A stretch of 64,000 nt of DNA. It comes from Octopus sinensis. Taxonomy: Eukaryota. Each line of letters begins with the position of its first letter. The stretch's first letter is position 1. The stretch spans positions 181,226,001 through 181,290,000 of the forward strand of contig NC_042998.1 in assembly GCF_006345805.1 (NCBI RefSeq). The letters run 5' to 3'. Below the pieces are notes generated by a model. It ran no database searches, was not told the DNA's origin, and saw nothing but the letters and a program-made list of their open reading frames with translations. This document shows positions 26,752 to 39,050 of this stretch, piece after piece. The position numbers and the translations under genes were made by a program.

Positions 26752-27559
26752 CTATGATAAAATGCAAATTCCAGCAGTTACCATTCCATTTTTTTATATA
26801 TAGTGAATCTTTCTTTTTTGAGGGAACTTATATGGAGATTTCCTCATTAGTTTGGTTCGAGTTTAGGAGACAGTTCAAGTTACCCGAACAGGAAGACCCA
26901 GCCTTCATTGGCTGAGAACAATACACAAAGATTACGACTAAGGAAAGTTTGAAACAGAAGCATAAACTACACAAAGTTGACGAGAATACATTGAGGTTCT
27001 TTACGTCAAGTGACATTGGAAGCAGTAAAAATTGCAGTGTTTAAGATAAAAAGACATGAATCATTTGTTTATATTTGTCGAGGTTTCACAACGTCAGCCA
27101 AAAGTTAGTAAATGTGCTGTTTAATGCAATAATTAATCATTATGGGTGTCTGTGTGCATGTGTCAATGCGTTTGACACACAAGTTCATTTTAAAAAACTG
27201 ATGAGTCAAAATGATAACCTATTAGATAGATCAACTATATGAATACTAGACTTAAATAAGTACTGAATGTCAATATTAAATATTAACGATTATTATTATT
27301 AATATTATTATTATTAATATTAACGATAAAAACACCCTCAAAGTCGCATTCCTGCATGGTTGCAGATCAATGACTAAAATCGGCAACAGAAAACCTTTTA
27401 ATCCTTCATCTGGTGGATTTCGGGCATCGTCACTTCTGTACATACAGAAAGATTATGCGAGATAGTATCCTTGTAAGAAATTTGAAATAGAAACTTGATA
27501 AATCGGATCGAACAAAATCTTTAGTACTTCCAAATTGGCTTCGTTTACTGCAATACGTT

Positions 27560-27900
27560 TGATTTCATGTATATCTATCTGCTTTCAGTCAAAATTTCAG
27601 TAGAATTAGTCTCCCCAAACGTATAATCTGCAGTCGGCACAAACAAAAAAGAAATTAGAATTATCACTCAACAGTTACAAGTAACGTTTGTAGATATGAT
27701 ACACAAATGAATTTCTTCCATAGCCATTTATGTTTTTTTTTATCTTTTATGAAAATGGAAACATCAATACTAACAATTACATTACTGCGTTGTATCAGTA
27801 TGCGCCGTCTCAACGAATTTTAATGCTAGACGGTACACCACCGCATTTCGTCAGTACCAACGTTATCAACACCTTTACATCTGAACGCGTAATTCTTCTC
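27560..27900 (+). mobile_element. Old Tc1/mariner-superfamily transposase relic
   Basis: FF..ENGNINTNNY...LMLDGTPPHF resembles GPFFF...TV....Y...FQQDGAPPH. Confidence 0.35.
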
Positions 27901-28543
27901 GATATCCAAATGAATAGTTTCTGCAATTTTTTTGACATAACCAAACGTGCACCAGACATTTAGGACAATAACTTGAAGTAGAAATGTGTCATCCTGTCGC
28001 TTCAGTGGTATTATTTGAAATGAAAAATATAAATCTTCGATGACTGTAATAATTTTATAGCAGACAACTTCTTTTTTCGACTATTTCTTTATTTGCTTTG
28101 ATATACTGAGTTCTTAATAAAAGCTGAAGGTACGAATGTGACTAATAACATATTCAAATTGCGTCTTTGGTAGTTATGTGATGATTTTACAATATAAATA
28201 ATTTAAATACACTATAAGTGTATTGTATCAGACTCTTCAAGCGCACACACAAACACTCAGACACTCCCATACACACACACATTCACATATAGACGCATAC
28301 ACTCAAACACACATATATTCACACACACAACCACACATATATATATATTCATACATACAGACACATAGGCATACATACATACACGCATGCATATACATAT
28401 ATATCTATATATATATATATAATATATATATATATTTAAATATATATATATATTAATATATATATATATATTATATATGTATATATATATATGCATATAT
28501 ATATATATATTTATATGCACATATATAGTATATAAATATATAT

Positions 28544-28574
<31 letters not shown>

Positions 28575-29019
28575 ACATAGCTAGTAGTATCACCCTTGCT
28601 TTGAAATAAACGGTTCAATACTGTTTATTAAGCAGAGTGGCGATAATGTTTATTCAATACTGATGAAATGGCGCGAATACACCTGAAAACATCTTGCAAA
28701 ATTTAAGGTCTGAGTAAACAGAATTTTCTGAAGATATACTTTTACATAATTTAACGTATTTTCACGCGAACAGCCTGAAAATTTCTGCTAATTTGCAAAA
28801 GAATATGATTCTCGGAACAGTAAACGATAAGAATATAAGCAAGTATTGCATACTATTTCACACATACGCACGCACAAACACACACAATAACACACAGACA
28901 AACACACACATATATTTATATATGTATGTATATAATACTGTACCAAGAACTTTCCGTAACTTAGCGGTATTGCAGAAGGAATCGATAGAATAAGTACCAG
29001 CTTATATGCATATATATTA

Positions 29020-29240
29020 TTCTTTAATTCCTTTATGCTTCAGTCATATGACTGCGGCCACACTAAAGAACAGCCTTGAGTTTTAGTCAAACAAATCGAC
29101 CCCAGAACTTATTTAGTAAGCTGGTATTTGTTCTATCGATTCCTTCTGCCGTACCGCTAAGTTACTGAGACGTAAACACGCCAACACCGGTTGTCAAACG
29201 GTGGTGGGGTGACAAAGACAGACACAAAGACACCAGACAT
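29020..29240 (-). mobile_element. SINE family A, 3' half
   Basis: cttcagtcatatgactgcggcc...atcgaccccag...caccggttgtcaa. Confidence 0.75.
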
Positions 29241-29269
29241 ATTACACTTATATATATATATATATATAT

Positions 29270-29304
<35 letters not shown>

Positions 29305-29384
29305 ATGTATGCATATATATAATATATATATATATATACAAATGTATGCATTATATATATACAAATGTATGCATTATATATATA

Positions 29385-29420
<36 letters not shown>

Positions 29421-29425
<5 letters not shown>

Positions 29426-29600
29426 AGTGAATTGAAGAAATGGAGCTGAACGAAGATTGAACAGAAATCGTTTTATTTCATTCTACACGTGTTTCGAAAG
29501 GCACAATTTACCAAATTCCGATTTCGAAACACGTGTAGAATGAAATAAAACGATTTCTGTTCAATCTTCGTTTAGCTCCATTTCTTCAATTCACTAATAA
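29421..29600. repeat. Inverted repeat with 79-bp arms and a 22-nt spacer
   Basis: 29421-29499 is the reverse complement of 29522-29600 with one mismatch (a G.U pair on the plus-strand RNA). Confidence 0.97.
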
Positions 29601-29751
29601 TATTAAAATTCAATTATCCGCACCATCGCACGGTTGCAACACCATATGGTTGTACCTACAACCGTGCTGTCTTCTGCTGTGATTTTTGCTACCAAGGTAT
29701 CGGTTAAACTTTTGATTAATCTGCAACAAGATTATTCATCTTTCTATTCAC

Positions 29752-29839
<88 letters not shown>

Positions 29840-29844
29840 TATAC

Positions 29845-29990
29845 ACTTATTCGACGGGCTTCTTTCAGTTTCCGTCTGCCAAATCCACTCACAAAGCTTT
29901 GGTCGACCCGAGGCTGTAGTAAAACACACTGACCCGGACCCTTGCGGTTCAGAAGCAAACTTCTTACCATACAGCTACGCCTGCGCCTAT
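29845..29990 (-). mobile_element. SINE family A, 5' part
   Basis: cgacgggcttctttcagtttccgtc...cacagctacgcctgcgcc. Confidence 0.8.
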
Positions 29991-30679
29991 ATGTGTGTAT
30001 GTGTGTGTGTGTGCGTGCGTATGTGTTCGTATGTATAAATATATCAAACTAACAATTTCTTCAAGAGCAAAATCGCTCTACCCTCACAGGAAGTTAAATT
30101 CCTCCGCTCCTCACATCATACGTTCAACCCACACTACATTACATTCTTGTACAACGGTACCTACTGACAATCGAAATATGATAATAATAACAGACACAAA
30201 ATGTTGTAATGAACCAATTCCACCAAGCCCTAGAAATTCTCAGAGATACAAGAAATAACATTATACGCATAGACGAGAAACCTCATGATTTCTCCAAAGT
30301 GAATGTAACAAAAATAGTTAGTCGCACAGCAATAAACAAATACTCAACGTGAAACTTAAACAAGCGCTGCATGATTTCAGAAGTAATGACATGAAAATAT
30401 GTAAGAGCGATATATGTAATATATTTATAATTACATTTAAAGACAAACATTACAAAATTCAACAAATCATGAAATGACAAAAACAAATTTATAATGATTT
30501 AGAAAGAAAATACAACCACAAATTAAAAGTTAAACTAAATAGAACCAACCCCAGTGATAACCATTGAAATAAGGGCTCCATATCTCCTCCCCCCCCCCTT
30601 CATATTAAATAAATTCGCTCTTGCACCTAGCTATAGAACATTAAAAAAACACATAATCGAAAAATAACCTTGCAAACCT

Positions 30680-30912
30680 ATTTCCTTATTACCCACAAGG
30701 GGCTAAACACAGAGGGAACAAACAAGGACAGACATAGGTATTAAGTCGATTACATCGACCCCAGTGCGTAACTGGTACTTAATTAATCGACCCCGAAAGG
30801 ATGAAAGGCAAAGTCGACCTCGGCGGAATTTGAACTCAGAACGTAACGGCCGACGAAATTCTGCTCAGCATTTCTCCCGGCACGCTAATGTTTCTGCCAG
30901 CTCGCCGCCTTA
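30680..30912 (-). mobile_element. SINE family B, full length
   Basis: Close homology to 24969-25201. Confidence 0.92.
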
Positions 30913-32023
30913 AACCGTAACATCTCAATACTTTAACAAGATCGCTAAACTATTAAACAATATTAGCGTATAAGAATGCAGCCATCTGAGAGTTCCAAGA
31001 TCTCTTAGACGAAATATGCTCTTTCAATGTCTTTTCCTAACGTTTCCGGTGGCAGAAGCAATAGAAACAATACAAATGACAAACGTATGGTGGCCGTCAG
31101 TTCTTTGGGGTGATTGTTGTTCGTCCTTTGTTTTAAGACGATTGTTTTTGGGCGATTGTGGTCCGCCCTTTGTCATAGGAAAAGCTGAAATCTCTACATC
31201 TCATATACCGCAACAACGAATGATGCAGCCTTGGAGGTGACTGGAGCCTCACTTTTTTCGCCTATAGTACACATTTTGTGTGAGTAAACTACGTGAGTGT
31301 TGATTTTGCATTAAAACAAATTCGCCTGATACCTCGATCACAACAAAGAATGATCCACTGTGGTTTGAAAAGTGCGAGCCCTGACTTGCATTGAACTAGC
31401 AGATGGAAAGCTGTCGGATTTCCAACTGTAGCTGCATACTTAAGTGGATAGAAAGAGTCAGAACAATGCTGGTTACTCAGAGTTAAACAAGAGTACCTGT
31501 GCCGGGGAAAATGTTTATACTAGATTTAGTATATATTGAACTAACTTTACGTTTTACAAATTTTTGTCTGATTAAAAGTAAATACAAAAGAATCAGTAAA
31601 AGTCAATGACAAGAAACTGGAGATGAAGAGCGATTCCGTAATTAAACGGAAGCTGTAGAAGTAACAGAGTTAGGTGGGGAGCAGCCGGCCACAACGATTG
31701 AAATAGTTGCACTGAAAAACTTCTTCACCATTTGGACAGGTTTTATTTTTGATCCAGCTTGATGTCCAAACACCCTTCTCACCGCGGAGAAAGATGTTGG
31801 ATTACCAGTTTAGTGGGCGATGACACGATGAGAAATTAAGTAATACGTGTTAGTACACTGTTAGGAGACAAATGCCTGACTGGACAAGCAAATATATAAA
31901 TTTACATAAATGAATGCATGTATGTGTATGTACGTATGTAAATGTATGCATGTATGTATGTATGTATGTATATATATATATATATATTATATATACATAC
32001 ACACATACACACATATATATATG

Positions 32024-32134
<111 letters not shown>

Positions 32135-32137
32135 ACT

Positions 32138-32500
32138 AGCAGAGATACCCTCACTGGATTGGAAGAAGGGGTCATATGGAATGGTCCCCTCGTTCACCAG
32201 ACCTTTCTCCCCTTGATTTCTTTTTCTGGAGTATGTTGAAAGAGAAAGTTTATACAATAAAGATTACAGATTTAAAACACATGAGAGAACGCATTACGAG
32301 TCAATGTGCTGAAATTGATGGCAATGTAGACTTATTTAATCAAGTTCACCTGAATTTTGCAAGGCGCCTCAAGTTATGCTTTGAAAATTATGGAAATCAC
32401 TTTGAAAATATTGTTTATTAACATTATAATTAAATAAGATTTTTCTTGTTTTAAAAGTATGTGTTAATCCCCATGTACGCAGACTTCGTGGACAACGTTT
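32138..32500 (+). mobile_element. Tc1/mariner-superfamily transposon 3' end (maT/rosa-like C-terminus)
   Basis: [33 protein letters not shown]...YGNHFEN; TIR-like gacttcgtggacaac near 32481-32497; subfamily cannot be fixed without the full DDD spacing. Confidence 0.82.
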
Positions 32501-33599
32501 ATTATTTTGTAAAACAATATTTAATTAGTTTAAATGCATAAAAATAATTTTTAATTGAATTATACATTTGGAAATACTATTAAATTTCATTCAAATCTCA
32601 AAAAAAGATAAAATTGAACAGAACTGATTGGATGACTTGATATATATAATCTATGATATTCTAGTTGGTTTCAAGTTTATAACACCTTGATATCTCATGT
32701 TATCTCATTTTATATGCCGAAGACGTTTATTTTCTATTCTGGTTTTTATATATTTCTATATATTATATTTGTATCTATAATTTATTTTAAGCTGAAACTT
32801 AATACGATCCTTGTACGAACGAAAGAACAAGAATGTCCTCTGGAACTTTTATCTTCCACCGGTGTTTGTAATCGATGGTGACATGTGCGATGATTTTGCG
32901 AATATCTTCTATTTTACAGAGAAATTGGAAGCCACAAATGTAAGCGACCACTTTATGCATAATTCAATATTTATAGTTGTCCATTTCTAAATGTAATTCT
33001 TTTTCTTCTCGTTCAGCTTATAACTATAAGACGCATTCTTGTCTGTCTCTTGACAAAACTTTTTTACTCCAGCGTTCACCACTTTACCTCGTTAAGGTTA
33101 AACAACCCTTACCGAATATTTTCACTGTCTTGTTTTTGTTAGCAGCTTTGACGGTCCACGTATCTCAAATTTTAGTTAATTTGCTTTGGGGGAGCAATTG
33201 CTTTGACGAAGACGCATCTTGTTGCAATGCTCAGAATGCGGGGTAAGTAAAACTGCCAACAACTGAGGAAGAGTTGTTTTTTATACTGCCTTCGCGCTAT
33301 AGTTCTTTATATATAATTGAAATTCTTTCTTTCCTCTCCTTCAGAAGCCAAGCCAAGCCGAGCCGAGCCGAGCCGACTGTAATAGTGACACCAATGCTAT
33401 AGCGTCGGCTGTGGGCTGGTAGCCGTGGACAGCCGACGCAATGTCACCCAGAGCGACCTCTGGTCGCCATACCGTCGGGTGTGGATACTTTTGTTTCAGT
33501 TTTAACACATAATGCTGGAATAGTGGAGAAGATGTGATATTGCTGTGTGCTCGCCCTAGGCAAAAAGAAGTAAAACACTTTTTGCTCATGACACTACAT

Positions 33600-33699
33600 G
33601 GACCCTAAGTAAGGCATGTGTAAAATTTTAATGAAATTGGTTGTGTAGTTCTCAAGTTTTAGGGATTCACACAGACAGATAGACAGATACACATTCTCA

Positions 33700-33712
<13 letters not shown>
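33600..33712 (+). mobile_element. Helitron/Helentron-like non-autonomous 3' end
   Basis: aaattttaatgaaattggttgtgtagttctcaagttttagggattc followed by (acag)n and ttttatatata, the architecture of DINE-1/HINE-type ends. Confidence 0.42.
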
Positions 33713-33746
<34 letters not shown>

Positions 33747-33764
33747 CAAAATGTAACCACATGT

Positions 33765-33945
33765 GAATCGTTGGCGATTTTTTCCTCCGTCTTCCTTTTC
33801 TATAGTGCTTTACTCTGTTTCTGAAGAAGAGCATTGCTCGAAACGTTAAGCCATCTTTCTTTCCTTTCCTGAGTGTCTGCTAATACTTTACATGTACCAC
33901 GTCCTCGCTTTTTTTCTTTTTTTTTTGTTCTTCGTTTTTGGGGGA
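33765..33945 (+). mobile_element. Short (TA)n-associated repeat with a hammerhead motif (Penelope pLTR- or retrozyme-like)
   Basis: Homologous to 61920-62120 (ttggcgatttttt cctccgtctt...ttcctgag...ccacgtcc.cgc). Confidence 0.75.
33817..33851 (+). ncRNA. Minimal type I hammerhead ribozyme motif
   Basis: GUUU-CUGAAGA-A-GAGC(AUU)GCUC-GAAA-CGU-U/AAGC: stem I 4 bp with one G.U, stem II 4 bp, palindromic ACGU stem III, predicted GUU cleavage after 33847; activity untested. Confidence 0.6.
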
Positions 33946-34424
33946 TTTACTAAATATGTGTGGAGGGTGTTTGCATATAAATGTATGAATTTATGTATGT
34001 ATATATTGTTACATAACCCAGGTGCACCGGGCATAGAAGCCTAGTAATACTGAGAAAGAATAAAGCAAAATGATTCGCTTCCTCCAAACACAATCAATAA
34101 GTTGTCCGGCAATGTTTTCTGAAACATTCCTCGGATTCTGTATTTGAGTTTCTTGGAATGAAAACATACTCACAATCACATATGAATACAATGTGCATAT
34201 GCATATATAAACAATAATGAAACACAGCTACTAAGGTGACATACACACATATTACATGAGTGCTAGTTTATTCACACGTGTACCTACGTATATGAATGCA
34301 CTAACTCACATATTCACAAATCCCAAGAATTGCCTTGTCGAAAACAAATTATCCTTGTCGCTTTATTAGTGATCGACTAGAATTCTATGAAAAAACACTT
34401 GAAAAACTCTTACAGAAAATACAC

Positions 34425-34457
<33 letters not shown>

Positions 34458-34599
34458 TCATACAAACATACATACATGCATACAAACATACATACATACA
34501 TACATACATACATACATACATACATACATACATACATACATACACATGCATGTATACGTAAGTTTCTTGGCGATTAGTTCGATACGAAGATACACCTCT

Positions 34600-34870
34600 C
34601 AAATTATATTTAATTTGCATTTTGCGGGAAGGAAAGGTTCTATCGAAGATGCGTATTGCCTTCACCTTCAAAACGCAGAGTAGATGAAACCATGGCGACT
34701 GAAGAAGGGGAATTTCCCTTGTATTATTTGTCCTGTACTCTATTTTTTCGTTAATTAAGAAAAATGTCCATTTCGTTGGTTTTGTGTTTATGTTTTCGTT
34801 TCTCATTGTGTTCGACGTTTTTTTTGGTGTCCTGTACCCATATATGCATGTATATATACATGTAGAAGTA
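34600..34870 (+). mobile_element. Probable Penelope-type terminal repeat relic
   Basis: CTGAAGAAGGGGAATTTCCC half-motif followed by a T-rich tail and (TA/TG)n; the GAAA half of the core is missing. Confidence 0.33.
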
Positions 34871-35035
34871 GGTACGTACATATATGTATATATGCATATA
34901 TTTTATTTAATTTATTATATGACGGAACGCACGCATCCATTTCTAAGTAAGATTGTTCTTGATATATATATATATATATATATATTATTAGAGAGAGAGA
35001 GAGAGAGAGAGATAGATAGATAGATAGATAGATAG

Positions 35036-35102
<67 letters not shown>

Positions 35103-35907
35103 GGATAGATAGATAAAGATATAGATATTATAGATAGATATTGATAGATAGATACAGACTATATATATATATATATTATAATATATTATATATATATAAT
35201 ATATATAATATATATATATATATATGTATATGTATATGCTATATAATATATATATATGTGTATATATATATGTATATTTATATATTATACTATATATATA
35301 TATAGATATATATATATTATTATATAGATTAATATATATTATATATTTAAGTAACTGTTCGTAGCCACTTCAACTTGGCTGTCCGTTCGAACGGACTTTA
35401 CTGCGATTTTCTACCCCAAGAGGACATCCTAGCTGGATTGCACAGTTGCCATCCGAGATATTGCGAGCAGGGAACCAAACCCCTACTACTTATATATATA
35501 TATATGTATATATATATATACACAAAAACACACACACACACACACACACACACATTATATATATATTATATATATATATATATATATTATATATAATATA
35601 TACAGAAAAAGAGAGAAGAGATGCGTGTGTGTGTGTGTGTCTGAATCCACGCGCATCTTTGTGTTTGTTTCACCCAACGTTTGACAGCCAGTTTTGGTTT
35701 GTTTCTCTTACTGTAACCTAGCGGTTCGGTTAAACCGATCTAAAGGATACGTATCTCACTTTAACAAACAAACAAAAAAAGTACTAGGGGGCTGTTATTT
35801 ATTCATCTAAACTCCTCAAGCTGGTGTCCCAGCACGACTGCAGACTAATGAGTGAAACAAGGAGAAGAAAGAGTAAAAGAATAGCAAGTCTAAATAATTC
35901 ATAAAAT

Positions 35908-36318
35908 CCTTTACTTGTTTCAGTCATTTTACAGTGGCCATGCCGGAGCACCGCCTTTAGTCGAACGAATCAACCCCAGGACTTATTCTTTGTAAGCCTA
36001 GTACTTATTCTACCGTTCTCTTTTGTCGAACCGCTAAGTTACAGGGACGTAAACACACCAGCATCGGTTGTCAAGCGATGTTGGGTGGGGGGACAAGCAT
36101 AAACACACAAACATACACACACACACACACATACATATATATATATAAATATATACGACGGGCTTCTTTCAGTTTCCATCTACCGAATCCACTCACAAGG
36201 CTTTGGTCAGCCCGAGGCTATAGTAGAAGACAGTTGCCCAAGGTGCCACGCAATGGGACTGAACCCGCAACCATGTGGTTGGTAAGCAAGCTACTTACCA
36301 CACAGCCACTCCTACACC
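35908..36318 (-). mobile_element. SINE family A, full length
   Basis: Reverse complement of family A copies along its whole length. Confidence 0.92.
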
Positions 36319-37349
36319 TATATTAGTTTTCATAAATGTTTTCGGAGATTAAACGATCTTATTGTCTTGAGATGAATTTTCGCGAATACTATCTAACATA
36401 TCAATCATATTCATAATAATTACCAATATAAAATATGAAAGTCCACATACTATATAACTATATCAATACAGCTTGTCTCTTCAAAATCAATTAGAGGAGT
36501 ATACCTGGCTGATTTCTTCTTTGCTAAACAGTTTATCATATTTTCTGTAAAACAGACAAAATATTGTCTAGATACAGTTTCGCATTAAATTTATACCATT
36601 TATATTAGGACGCCTGTAAGAAGCTAGCAATAATTTATATCATACCCTGCAATATTTATGGCTTTTGTGCTGCAATATATACATGTGTGTGTATGTGTGT
36701 GTAGATAGATTCATACCTCATAAAACCGTAACTGTCGTAAAGTTTATATATAATGAAACGATGTTTAACATCGAAGCAGCCAATACAGAAGAATCTACGT
36801 GGTCGTAAGGCATGCTATAAATAACAGCCAAATCTCTCATCAGATCATCCCTTATCGTCTTAAAAAGCAAAAATAATAAAATAAGATAGCAGGATGGGAG
36901 AATGTCACTGATATGCAGAAGTATGGGAAAGTCATAACTAAAATACCAAGCACACTTGGAGACCGCGAAGCAAATAGCATGAATATGTACAATATAAATT
37001 GTAAACCATGGAACACAGTACACAAACAGGGTGTATATGTACATCTGTGTATAATCACACGAATGTGTATGAATATATATATATGTATGTATATTAGAAG
37101 GAATGAAGTACTCAGAAATCTGGATGGTTTTATATTTACAGAAATATATTAGTATGTTACATGTTTTTATAAATCATATATCATATATTAGCGCTTTCAT
37201 TCACTCCAGTGGAGTTTTCAAATTGAACTTTTGCAGGAATTTTGACTCTTTTTATAGTATTATTGAGTGTGTAGGGGTGGGGAGAGATATAAGATAGTAC
37301 TAGGGGTTGAGGAATGGGAAGAGAAAGTGAGAGAGAGAGAGAGAGAGAG

Positions 37350-37393
<44 letters not shown>

Positions 37394-37517
37394 GTGTGTG
37401 TGTGTTTGTATCTGAAAGATTGTTAAAGAAAAAGGGAAGGAATGGAAGAAGGAGAGAAAGAAGAAAACATTTGTTGGTATCTTTGCGATATCTGTTGATA
37501 TCTGTGTATGTATATAT

Positions 37518-37719
37518 ATACATGTGTATATTTTAAGGGCTAAAAACCACTATGTGGACAGCCATATCCTAGAAATAGATCACCTACGATCAAACTACTG
37601 GTGTCCACTGAATTTTCTCTAGAGAACATTCTTTCTTTGTAGTTTGATCGTAGGTAATCTATTTCTAGTATATGACTGTCCACATAGTGGTTTTTAGCCC
37701 TTAAAATATACACATGTAT
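37518..37719. repeat. Inverted repeat with 81-bp arms and a 40-nt spacer
   Basis: 37518-37598 versus the reverse complement of 37639-37719: three mismatches. Confidence 0.96.
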
Positions 37720-38093
37720 TAGAATTTTTCAGATTTTTGGTATGCTAGGGTACTGGTTTTAAATTGATATTAATTAAATTAATATTTAATTTATCTCCCT
37801 CATTATTTAATGTATGATATATATATATATATATAATATATATTATATATATATATATATAATATATATGTGTGTTTGTGTGGGTGTATGTGTGTGTGTG
37901 TGTGTGTGGTGTGTAATATGTATGTATGTATGTATTTATGTATGTATGTAAATATGTATGTATGTATGTATGCATGTATGTATACACACACAGTGATATG
38001 TATGATGCGGGAGAGTATCATTTACATCATCAGATAATATACAGAGTAACATTGTAATAGATAATATACTAACACCGAGTATTGATTTCTTAC

Positions 38094-38327
38094 GGAGGTT
38101 ACTAAGTTGACACTGTTTGGAGGATGAGATTCTGCAACAAGTATATATTTCTATTGAGGGTTTTAGCATTGAAAGTGAAATGGTTTTGGTCGGCGATCGA
38201 AATATGCTCGCTTGTTCATGTCCCTGGTGTATTATTTCTTGCTCGACACCGCTAACCACCAAACCATATATCATATTAACATTTACACCATCCGGGGTTT
38301 CATCAACGCAAGTGCTCCACACAGTGA
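38094..38327 (-). CDS. Candidate coding exon, 234 bp, phase 1-1 (VTVWSTCVDETPDGVNVNMIYGLVVSGVEQEIIHQGHEQASIFRSPTKTISLSMLKPSIEIYTCCRISSSKQCQLSNL)
   Basis: Non-repetitive open frame, strong donor CC|gtaaga, length divisible by 3; the acceptor would be an uncommon GAG; the opposite strand is also open. Confidence 0.4.
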
Positions 38328-38874
38328 CTCAGTATGACACAGAATGACGCGTAACGACATATCAAATTATTACTAGCTTCTAGTGTGCGTGTGTATGTGT
38401 TTGTGTGTATGTGTGTGTACGTGTGTGTGAGAGAGAGAGAGTGCGTGTGTGTTGTGTTGTGCGCAGCTCATAATTCCCAAGCCTCAAATATCCACCAACT
38501 CCCTCCCGCCAGAAAACATATTACAGAGAGAATGGTCTGAAACAGTAATCACGTGACTTCAGCAACAGATAAATGCTAAAATGAAGACCTAAACCTGTTG
38601 TAAACAGCTCAGACTTCAGCTCGTCGCCGTCTACAAATCTAGATTAGTAAAACAGATAAGAACAATTTGAATTGCATGATTCCTTGTCAGATTTTTCACA
38701 CAATATATCGCCTTTTTATTACATTGCCATAGACTGACTCATCTCCAGCAAGGCAAGTTAGTCCTAAAATGTTCAAAAGCTTTTATTTGTCTTCACAGCG
38801 AGGCAGGTGCTATTTCCATTATACAAACAACGCATAAAGAAATAAAGAAAGCATAACACGTACACATTTCCATC

Positions 38875-38879
38875 CATCC

Positions 38880-38948
<69 letters not shown>

Positions 38949-39050
38949 GCTATCTGTCTATCTGTCTATCTGTCTATCTCTCTATCTGTCTGTCTATCTG
39001 TCTATCTATCTAACTATCTATCTATGTCTATCCATCTATATATAGATAGA
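38875..39050. repeat. (TCTA)n microsatellite
   Basis: Seen directly. Confidence 0.95.

Noticed and set aside
26851-26915. Possible plus-strand terminal exon (xWFEFRRQFKLPEQEDPAFIG*) with possible partners at 24.75-25.95 kb
   Set aside because: The phases of the upstream candidates do not chain consistently, there is no recognisable homology, and it lies 100 bp from an opposite-strand candidate; it cannot be distinguished from chance without RNA data.
27198-27222. CTGATGAGTCAAAATGAT hammerhead-like start
   Set aside because: No GAAA core after stem II and no stem I partner.
30050-31010. A-rich plus-strand region possibly a very old Penelope relic (also 12100-12560 on the minus strand)
   Set aside because: Only vague motif echoes; cannot be supported without a profile search.
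31650-31800. Cys/Trp-containing minus-strand frame (WTSSWIKNKTCPNGEEVFQCNYFNRC) resembling an LDLa-type module
   Set aside because: Bounded by stops with no convincing splice sites; cysteine spacing is incomplete.
38549-38557. TCACGTGAC E-box/CLEAR-like motif
   Set aside because: A single short motif is expected by chance in 64 kb; no promoter context.
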